Shown here one piece after another: positions 19,974 through 27,970 of a stretch of DNA of 53,618 nucleotides. The stretch is taken from NCBI GenBank assembly GCA_945920825.1, contig CAMEKD010000001.1, positions 1 to 53,618 of the forward strand. Direction: 5' to 3'. How positions within the stretch are numbered: position 1 is the first letter of the stretch; every line of letters begins with the position of its first letter. The translations under genes were made by a program, and so were the position numbers. This stretch comes from an uncultured Anaeroplasma sp. Its GTDB lineage: Bacteria; Bacillota_I; Bacilli_A; Acholeplasmatales; Anaeroplasmataceae. The notes below the pieces were generated by a model that saw only the letters and a list, made by a program, of their open reading frames with translations, had not been told where the DNA came from and ran no database searches.

Positions 19974-21881
19974 TTATGTATTTAAACCCTTAAACTGCGT
20001 ATCATATAGCTTTTTATAAACGCCATTATGGCTTAATAATTCGTTATGTGTACCCTCTTCAACCACATGGCCATGATCTAATACCACAATACGATTTGCA
20101 TCCTGAATGGTAGATAATCTGTGAGCAATGATAATAGAGGTTCTATTTTTCATAAGCTTAACCATAGCGTCTTGAATTTTCTTTTCTGTTCTTGTATCTA
20201 CAGATGAGGTTGCCTCATCTAAAATTAAAATTTTCGGATTGGCAAGGACCGCTCTTGCGATGGTTAATAGCTGACGCTGTCCTTGGCTTATGTTGGTTGC
20301 ACCCTCAGTAAGAATGGTCTTCTTCCCCTCTGGTAGCTTTGAGATAAAGGAATCACAATTAGCGAAGGCTAGGGCTTGATCAATCTCTTCATCTGTTGCA
20401 TCCTCTTTAGCATACCTGATATTATTTTCAATAGTATCACTAAATAATACAGGTTCCTGTAATACGATAGAGATTGCACCTCTTAAGTCCTTTTTCGATA
20501 TATCTAGAGAATTCTTACCATCGATCGTAATATCTCCACTATTTGGGTCATAATATCTAAGTAATAAATTTACAATCGTCGTTTTACCTGAACCTGTTGC
20601 ACCTACAAGGGCTACCTTGTGGCCAGCCTCAACATGCATATTGAAATCCTTTAAAACGATTTCTTCTGGATCATACCCGAAATAAATATGCTTAAAATCA
20701 ATTTCGCCACATACATCATCTACCTTAAATTCAGTATTACCCTCAAAGGTTTCAATTTCCTCATCCATTACATTAAATACTCTTTCCGCACCTGCTGCTG
20801 CAGTAATGATGGAGGAATATAGCATGGCAATTTCGTTGATTGGTCTTGTGAATTGCTTACTTGTTGTTAAAAACATGATGACAATACCAATCGTTAGTGC
20901 CTCACCCATAATGGTTCCACCAATTCCATTAAGTAAGAATATAGAACCAAAGATACAAATTAAGAAATAACCAATATTTCCGATAAAATTCATGATCGGG
21001 CCCATAGAGGAGCCTAAAATTTGTGCTTTAATTGCTGTATGTGTAAATTCATCACTTAGCTTTCCAAATTCCTCTATAGCATAGGATTCATGGTTATTGG
21101 TTTTTACAGTTTTAAATCCAGTAACCATTTCTTCTGTTTCTGTATTTAAATTACCTAATACGGATTGCTGCTTCACAAAGAGTGGTCTTGAATATTTCGA
21201 CATGAATTTTGCAAATAATAAGGTTAATATGAGTACAGCAATGGATACAAGTGTTAATAATGGGGAATGCCACAGCATAATGCCTAAGCATCCTAAGATG
21301 GTTAATACACCGCTCACTAAGGATGTAATAGAGGATGATATCGCATTATATACATTATCGATATCATTTGTCATTCTAGATAATAAATCTCCATGGAAAT
21401 GACTATCTAGATAGGATATTGGTAAATATACAATTTTACCAAAGAGATCATTTCTCATTTTTCTTATCGTTTTTGTTGCAATAAATGCACCAAATAGGGA
21501 AGAAAAATACAATAAAACGCAATATGCGACGTAGGTAATTAAGAGTAAGGTGATGGATAAATAGAAGGAATCCATATTTGGTTCTATATTCCATAGTCCT
21601 GTTTCGCTATTATATTCACCTAAGGAATTCGCAACATCCTTAATCAAGATACTCGAATAAAGGTTTAAAGCTGTATATCCAATAACAACAATAAGCAATA
21701 AGATAACTAAAGCCTTTGAATTCATTAAATATTTCACTAATCTTTTTATCGTTGCCTTAGTATTCTTTGGCTTTTCCTTCATTCTTGCATATCTTGCGCC
21801 AGGGCCTTTTCCAACCTCAGGCTTTTTCGTTGAATTCTTTATATTTTCTCGGGAGTTATTTGCTTCTGACATATTATTCAA
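19974..21881 (-). CDS. Heterodimeric ABC exporter, TMD-NBD subunit
   Basis: Six TM helices, GATGSGKT, ISQGQRQ, ILDEATSSVD, IAHRL. Confidence 0.92.
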   Translation of the reverse strand: MNNMSEANNSRENIKNSTKKPEVGKGPGARYARMKEKPKNTKATIKRLVKYLMNSKALVILLLIVVIGYTALNLYSSILIKDVANSLGEYNSETGLWNIEPNMDSFYLSITLLLITYVAYCVLLYFSSLFGAFIATKTIRKMRNDLFGKIVYLPISYLDSHFHGDLLSRMTNDIDNVYNAISSSITSLVSGVLTILGCLGIMLWHSPLLTLVSIAVLILTLLFAKFMSKYSRPLFVKQQSVLGNLNTETEEMVTGFKTVKTNNHESYAIEEFGKLSDEFTHTAIKAQILGSSMGPIMNFIGNIGYFLICIFGSIFLLNGIGGTIMGEALTIGIVIMFLTTSKQFTRPINEIAMLYSSIITAAAGAERVFNVMDEEIETFEGNTEFKVDDVCGEIDFKHIYFGYDPEEIVLKDFNMHVEAGHKVALVGATGSGKTTIVNLLLRYYDPNSGDITIDGKNSLDISKKDLRGAISIVLQEPVLFSDTIENNIRYAKEDATDEEIDQALAFANCDSFISKLPEGKKTILTEGATNISQGQRQLLTIARAVLANPKILILDEATSSVDTRTEKKIQDAMVKLMKNRTSIIIAHRLSTIQDANRIVVLDHGHVVEEGTHNELLSHNGVYKKLYDTQFKGLNT

Positions 21882-23625
21882 CCTCCCTCTTTAATTGTGA
21901 TGAATAGATATCCTTATAAACCAAAGATTTTTCCATAAGCTCCTCATGTGTACCAAAGGATTCTATTTCTCCATTATCTAAAACTAATATCTTATCTGCA
22001 TTTCTTGCGGTAGCAATTCTTTGGGCAACGACAATCTTTGTTACACTCCTTAGCTCATTTTTCATTTCGTTATAAAGCTTTGCCTCTGTAACTAAATCGA
22101 GTGCACTCGTTGAATCATCAAAGATTAATATATCTGGATTTCTAAGTATAGCTCTTGCTATAGATAATCTTTGCTTTTGTCCACCAGATAAGGATGTACC
22201 CTTTTCCGCAACAGGCTCATCATATCCTAAGTCCTTTGATAAAATGAATTCCTCCGCTTGGGCAATTCTTGCAGCCCATTTTACTTGTTCTTTCGTTGCA
22301 TTCATATTACCAAAGAGAATATTTTCTTCTATTGTTCCTGCAAATAGTTCTGCCTTTTGCAAGCATATGGCAACCATTTTATGTAATTCTTCCTTTTTAT
22401 ATTCCTTAACATTATGGCCAGAAACCATAATGGCACCATCGGTTGTATCATAAAACCTTACAATCAAATTCACTAAGGAGGATTTACCGCATCCTGTAGA
22501 TCCTACAATAGCGATTGTTTCACCCTTATTAATTTTAAAACTTAAATCATTTAATACGTTCGTTTCAGCCAAAGGATATCCAAAGGAAACATGATCAAAT
22601 ACTATAGTTCCTCTATCACTATCTTTAACGTCAGATATCGTTAATTCTCCATCAAGAATCTCGACCTTTGCATCTAATACCTCATTAATACGAGATGCAG
22701 ATGCATAGGCTCTTGCGATAACCGTAAATGTCATACCTAAGAAGATTAGGGACGAACAAATCATAGAAATATAGGTTACCGCCTGGGTGATTTGACCAAC
22801 CATGAGTTCAGGCGCAATATCCTTTTTAAAAGCATCAATAATTGCTGTACCACCCAAATAATAAATAATAATTTGTCCAACATAAACGATTAGATTTAAT
22901 AATGGAGATATAAATGCAGTGACCTTAGATACAAATAATAATTTATCTGTATAATCATTATTTACGTTATAGAAACGATTATATTCATATTCTTCCTTAG
23001 AAAATGCCTTAACCACTCTAGAACCAGTTACATTTTCAAGTACGACACCATTTACCTTATCTAATCTTTCCTGAATTTGCTTAAATACAGGGAATACAAA
23101 GCGCATGAAGATGAGCATTAATATAATCTCTATAGGTAATACTATAGCAAGTACTATACCAAATCTTAATGAGATGGAAAGAGTAAATATAATACCTAAA
23201 ACAAAGAAAGATCCTGCTCTTATTAATCCTCTTAAGCACGTAGCAATCATATTTTGTATTTGAGTAATATCATTTGTAATTCTTGTAACTAGAGAACCTG
23301 TTTTAAATTTATCCGATTGATTTAAGGATAATTCCATAATCTTAGAAAATACTGTCTTTCTTAAATCATTCCCAAATTTATAGCAGCTTAAATTCGTAAA
23401 TACATTCGAAAGCATACCACCGGCTACACCAAGAATTAATACACCAATCATGATTAAGCCATATTTAATTACATTTTCCATAGAACCTATAGAAATACCA
23501 TAGTCTACCATTTGCTGCATGTACATGGTTAAGACCATATCCATTCCTACCTCGATAATCATAAATAATGGCGCTAATATAGCAATATACCAATATTTCT
23601 TCATATATCTTAATAGCCTAAGCAT
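21874..23625 (-). CDS. Heterodimeric ABC exporter, TMD-NBD subunit (degenerate site)
   Basis: GSTGCGKS, LSGGQKQR. IFDDSTSALD and VAQR are the degenerate Walker B and H-loop. Confidence 0.92.
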   Translation of the reverse strand: MLRLLRYMKKYWYIAILAPLFMIIEVGMDMVLTMYMQQMVDYGISIGSMENVIKYGLIMIGVLILGVAGGMLSNVFTNLSCYKFGNDLRKTVFSKIMELSLNQSDKFKTGSLVTRITNDITQIQNMIATCLRGLIRAGSFFVLGIIFTLSISLRFGIVLAIVLPIEIILMLIFMRFVFPVFKQIQERLDKVNGVVLENVTGSRVVKAFSKEEYEYNRFYNVNNDYTDKLLFVSKVTAFISPLLNLIVYVGQIIIYYLGGTAIIDAFKKDIAPELMVGQITQAVTYISMICSSLIFLGMTFTVIARAYASASRINEVLDAKVEILDGELTISDVKDSDRGTIVFDHVSFGYPLAETNVLNDLSFKINKGETIAIVGSTGCGKSSLVNLIVRFYDTTDGAIMVSGHNVKEYKKEELHKMVAICLQKAELFAGTIEENILFGNMNATKEQVKWAARIAQAEEFILSKDLGYDEPVAEKGTSLSGGQKQRLSIARAILRNPDILIFDDSTSALDLVTEAKLYNEMKNELRSVTKIVVAQRIATARNADKILVLDNGEIESFGTHEELMEKSLVYKDIYSSQLKREVE

Positions 23626-23673
23626 AAAATCACTTCCTTCTTAAAAATACCATAGTCCCCTATGGTATTCTAT

Positions 23674-24780
23674 TTAATCACTATAATTCAAATCTAAATG
23701 AATACTGACATTATAGCCTTCAAATATTTCTTTTGTTTTATTTTCTATATTTGTTATAAATTTTCCCTTATCCGTTACGGTAAAATCAACTAAAACGTCA
23801 AAGGAAATAAATTTCTTTTCATGATCAATAAAAAATCCATGGCATCCTAATGCCCCTTCAAAGGATTTAACAACACCTTGAATTTGCTCATATTTATCCG
23901 TCTCATTATCATCGATTGCGTATATACCTACAGTTAATAAAACATGATATCTTTCGATAATTAGGCTTTGTATTTGCATAGATAAAATATGGATTTCTTC
24001 TGCATTCATCGATGAATCAATTTCTACATGAATCGAGCCCATTGCTTGATCTGGACCATAATTATGTAATACTAAATCGTATGCACCTCTTACACCCTTA
24101 ATGGAGTTTACATCCCTTTTGATTGCCTTAGTAATGGCTGCATCAGGTCTTGCCCCCATGACATGCGATACTGCCTCAAGAAGCATTTCAATACCTGCCT
24201 TAATGATGAATAAGGATATAAGTGCACCAATCCATCCATCAATATTCACCTGCCAAATCAAAGACACTCCAATAGAAATTAATGTGGCGATAGAAATGAA
24301 AGAATCCATTAGAGCGTCTGTACCAGAGGCAACTAAGGATTCAGAATTATATTTCTTACCTCTTCTTCTTGTAAATAGTCCTAAGGCAATTTTTACAACG
24401 ATTGCAGAGTCTACAACAACTGCAGTTACCCAAGAGAACTCAATGTCTATAGGGTGAATAATCTTTTCTACTGCCTCATAACATGAGGCTACACCTGTTG
24501 CTAAAATAATGGCTGCAATAATTATAGTGGAAAAATATTCAATTCTTCCAAAGCCATAAGGATGCTTTTCCGTTGGCTTTTTCTTAGATAATTTAATTCC
24601 AATAATTGTAATAACGCTAGAGATTGCATCACTTAAATTATTAATAGCATCTAATACTACAGACACTGCTCCCGCAATTAAGCCAACAATAGCCTTGCCT
24701 GTTGCAAGGCCTATATTTGCTAAAATGCCAATAATACCCGTTTGGGTAATTTTCTTTTCTCTTTCCTTTAGATCATTCAT
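23674..24780 (-). CDS. Cation diffusion facilitator (CDF/FieF family) transporter
   Basis: DAINNLSD, HPYGFGRIEY, DALMD, HNYGP. Confidence 0.9.
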   Translation of the reverse strand: MNDLKEREKKITQTGIIGILANIGLATGKAIVGLIAGAVSVVLDAINNLSDAISSVITIIGIKLSKKKPTEKHPYGFGRIEYFSTIIIAAIILATGVASCYEAVEKIIHPIDIEFSWVTAVVVDSAIVVKIALGLFTRRRGKKYNSESLVASGTDALMDSFISIATLISIGVSLIWQVNIDGWIGALISLFIIKAGIEMLLEAVSHVMGARPDAAITKAIKRDVNSIKGVRGAYDLVLHNYGPDQAMGSIHVEIDSSMNAEEIHILSMQIQSLIIERYHVLLTVGIYAIDDNETDKYEQIQGVVKSFEGALGCHGFFIDHEKKFISFDVLVDFTVTDKGKFITNIENKTKEIFEGYNVSIHLDLNYSD

Positions 24781-25020
24781 AATCTAACCCCCTCGTATAA
24801 AGAAAATACTAGTAAGTAGAAACATCTTACTAGCCTCTAGTAAATGTGTTCTTTTAATTAATCCAGAAAGGATGATTCCTAATATAGAACAAAACGAAAA
24901 CATTCCAATAATCATAAACATTAGGAATGTAGGATTAAATTCATTATAGAATTTATTTTCTATTCATGAGGTTTCATTCCCTTACCTATTATATAAAAAA
25001 ATGGGTCTTAGAAAAAGAGA

Positions 25021-25054
25021 AAAAAAGGAATTCCTCAAACGAATTCCTATTTTT
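25021..25054 (-). terminator. Intrinsic terminator closing the polymerase module
   Basis: AGGAATTC-N7-GAATTCCT stem with a U-run, right after the sigma stop. Confidence 0.7.
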
Positions 25055-25058
25055 GAAT

Positions 25059-26078
25059 TTACCTATTGTATGCAAGAAGCATTTTTACAAGATCTTTATT
25101 CCTTTTTAGCTTTGCAAGTGCCTTAGCTTCAATTTGTCTTACTCTTTCTCTTGTCACCTTAACACTACCTAAGGAGGCAATCTCTTCTAATGTTTTTGGA
25201 GTATTTCCATTAAGACCAAATCTATGAATAATCACAAGCTTTTCTCTTTCTGTTAATATTTGATCTAATATATCATTCATATCCCTTTTTAGTGCATTTT
25301 CTATGGAATATTCCAGTGGGGATTTTATATTGTTATCCGGTATAAAATCTCCTAAGGTTGAATCCTCCTCATCACCAACGATAGTATCCATAGATACTGT
25401 ATCATTTTTATAAGAATCCAATTTTAATATTTTTTCTTTACTAAAGCCTGTTTGATTTGCCATTTCCTCTATAGTTGCTTCCATACCGTTATCCTTAAAA
25501 TATTGGTTTCTAGCTTTTCTAAGCCTTCTTATATCCTCACCTATATGAACAGGAAGCCTAATGGTTCTTGTTTGATCAGCTATCGCTCTTGAAATAGACT
25601 GTCTTATCCACCACGTTGCGTAAGTAGAAAAGCGATACCCCTTGGTGTAATCATATTTCATGGCTGCATGCATAAGGCCCATAGAGCCCTCTTGGACTAA
25701 ATCCATAAAATCTATATTATCTAAATAATAATGCTTTGCAATAGATACAACTAATCTTAAATTACTAGATACGATCTTATCGATAGCCATATCCCTTTTA
25801 CTTATTTTTTCTTCTAATTCCTTATAATATTCTAAGGAAATATTATCCTTGCTTGTTTTGTCAATTTCATCCTTTTCTTCCTTAGCAATATTCCCTATAG
25901 CTATAGCCTTAGAAAGCTCGATTTCTGCATCAGAATCTAACAAAGGAATTCTACCTATTTCTATTAAATACATTTTTATAGAATCAGAGGCCCCTACCTT
26001 AGCCTCCTCTAAATCTATTAGCTTTTCCTCTTCGACTAAGGCAGGGTTAAATTCTTCTTGATTCATATCCCTATTCAA
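25059..26078 (-). CDS. RNA polymerase sigma-70 factor, RpoD/SigA-like paralog lacking region 1.1
   Basis: DSIKMYLIEIGRIPLL (1.2), NLRLVVSIAK, DLVQEGSMGL, FSTYATWWIRQ (2.3/2.4), VTRERVRQIE (4.2). Not next to dnaG. Confidence 0.9.
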   Translation of the reverse strand: MNRDMNQEEFNPALVEEEKLIDLEEAKVGASDSIKMYLIEIGRIPLLDSDAEIELSKAIAIGNIAKEEKDEIDKTSKDNISLEYYKELEEKISKRDMAIDKIVSSNLRLVVSIAKHYYLDNIDFMDLVQEGSMGLMHAAMKYDYTKGYRFSTYATWWIRQSISRAIADQTRTIRLPVHIGEDIRRLRKARNQYFKDNGMEATIEEMANQTGFSKEKILKLDSYKNDTVSMDTIVGDEEDSTLGDFIPDNNIKSPLEYSIENALKRDMNDILDQILTEREKLVIIHRFGLNGNTPKTLEEIASLGSVKVTRERVRQIEAKALAKLKRNKDLVKMLLAYNR

Positions 26079-26088
26079 TTCGATAATA

Positions 26089-27891
26089 TCACGCTCCCAT
26101 TACATCCATCATATCCTTCTTTGTAAGTACGCCCTTTTTTGCAAGCATATCCGCAAGGATTAGGATTTCCTTCTTTCTTCTTTTAATAATCTTAGTAACT
26201 CTTCTTACTGCCTTATCCAAAATCCTTTCACTTAATTTCTCGTTATGATACTTCTTAAATGGAGATGTTGGAATAGAATTCGCATAATGACATAAAAGTG
26301 GATTCAATCCCTTATCCCCTAAGGTATTCACTAAGGCTGCAGAGGTATGACGGGCCTTTTCTAAATCACTTTGTGCACCTCTATCGAGTCTCTTAAATAA
26401 GATTTTTTCGGCCAAATAGCCACCAATAGATACATCTAAATCGGCTAAAGCTCGATTTAAATCTCCTATGTCTTCCTTTGTAGATAGAACCTTCACTCTA
26501 CCACCTATAATTGAATTCGTTTCGATAGAGGCCTTATAGAAGCTAAAGTATTTGCTTCTTTCCATTACCACTACTGCGTGCCCTACCTCGTGTACGGCAG
26601 TTAAATAGCGGTCAGATTCACTTGGCTCTTCGCTATCCCCATAATATTCCATTTCTCTTTTATTAATTCTATCGATGATATCTTCAATTTCCTCAACTGT
26701 AGGATTTTCTCCATATCTTAAGCGAACCTCATTTGCGATAGCCTTAATATTGACTGCATTTTCACCCTTAGTAATAAATGCTAAATAATCATAATCCTGG
26801 TTTACATTAATACCCGATTTAGCAAAATAATACTTAAGTAGGCTCTTGCGCTCCTTCTCATTTGGGTTTCCAATGCCAATTAAATAATCTAATCTTCCTC
26901 TTCTTAATAGAGGTGGATATAAATCCTCCATATTATTACAAGTTGCGATGACAAAGATATTCTTATTATCTCCACCAAGTCCATCGAGCTCCGTTAATAG
27001 ATTTCTTGTTTCACCTCTAGAGATTAAATCAATCTCATCAATTAAGATAATGGCCATACCCTTTTGACGCCTTGCAAAATTAAACTTCTCTGTGATTTCA
27101 TCCTGTTCACTAGAGTGTGTACCATCAATCTTGATAATGGTTGCATCAGGGAAAAAGGAGGTGAATGCCTTTGCGAATAAGGATTTACCTGTACCCATTG
27201 GACCGTGAAGCAAGAAGGAATGAGGCAGTGAGATTCCCTTAGCCTCTAAGGCTTCCTTATCATCCCACCAGGATTTCACTAATAATAATTCCTTTTTCAC
27301 TAAATCGTAGCCTGCAATATCAGAAAATGTTACAGGCTCTTGGTATGGTATATGCTCAAGTCTTTTCGATTGGAAGGTATAGGATTCCCTAAATTTACCA
27401 TTTTCTTCTTGAATAGTAAAATTATCAAATTCATCCTTTATATAATATTTACTATTTATACCTTCTAATTTCATATCTCTTCCTGAGGATATTAATACCA
27501 TAGTAGGGTTTAAGGAATTAATATATTCAAGTAGCTCATCCTTAATGTCTCTAAAATTATTCATATTATTAATAAAGATATGAATATCCTTCTTTTCACC
27601 AAAGGATGCAACAATATGATTTACTACTCCTTTAATTTCATCGAGCTTATTATAAAAAACAGAGAATGCATTCCCCATATGCTCATTATCATCCTCATCA
27701 TCTTCTTCTAATTCCACATCATCATCCTCATCATCAAGTCCTTTACTGATGTTAATAAAAATACCATTTTTATTTTCTTTAAGAGGTTCAGATTTATTTT
27801 CTTTAATAGATTCAAAGATTTGATGAATTAAGAATACATCACCAACAATTAAGCTTTTCTTATTATTGAATTCTTTTATTAATTCTTCCAT
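26089..27891 (-). CDS. Soluble FtsH-like AAA+ ATPase / M41 zinc peptidase
   Basis: VTFSDIAG, GPMGTGKS, IDEID, LLRRGRLD, HEVGH, GGYLAE, GAQSDLEKA. No N-terminal TM segments. Confidence 0.85.
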   Translation of the reverse strand: MEELIKEFNNKKSLIVGDVFLIHQIFESIKENKSEPLKENKNGIFINISKGLDDEDDDVELEEDDEDDNEHMGNAFSVFYNKLDEIKGVVNHIVASFGEKKDIHIFINNMNNFRDIKDELLEYINSLNPTMVLISSGRDMKLEGINSKYYIKDEFDNFTIQEENGKFRESYTFQSKRLEHIPYQEPVTFSDIAGYDLVKKELLLVKSWWDDKEALEAKGISLPHSFLLHGPMGTGKSLFAKAFTSFFPDATIIKIDGTHSSEQDEITEKFNFARRQKGMAIILIDEIDLISRGETRNLLTELDGLGGDNKNIFVIATCNNMEDLYPPLLRRGRLDYLIGIGNPNEKERKSLLKYYFAKSGINVNQDYDYLAFITKGENAVNIKAIANEVRLRYGENPTVEEIEDIIDRINKREMEYYGDSEEPSESDRYLTAVHEVGHAVVVMERSKYFSFYKASIETNSIIGGRVKVLSTKEDIGDLNRALADLDVSIGGYLAEKILFKRLDRGAQSDLEKARHTSAALVNTLGDKGLNPLLCHYANSIPTSPFKKYHNEKLSERILDKAVRRVTKIIKRRKKEILILADMLAKKGVLTKKDMMDVMGA

Positions 27892-27918
27892 ATATTCTCC
27901 TTTGTAGTAGTTTTACAT

Positions 27919-27950
27919 TATCTATATATATTCAGTTACCCCTTTTGCAA
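27919..27950 (-). promoter_or_regulatory. Putative promoter, module motif copy 2 (TTGCAAAAGG-N11-ATATATAGATA)
   Basis: Lies upstream of the FtsH-like gene RBS. Both boxes and the spacing match the copy at 36240-36271. Confidence 0.6.
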
Positions 27951-27970
27951 CCAAAAGAAAAAGGATTTGT

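Noticed and set aside
24784-24950. Short hydrophobic minus-strand ORF upstream of the CDF gene
   Set aside because: No clear RBS or start and no recognisable family. It could be a remnant, but I cannot support it.
25059-26078. Primary rpoD/sigA assignment
   Set aside because: Lacks region 1.1, is not linked to dnaG, and is embedded in an accessory module, so the symbol is withheld.
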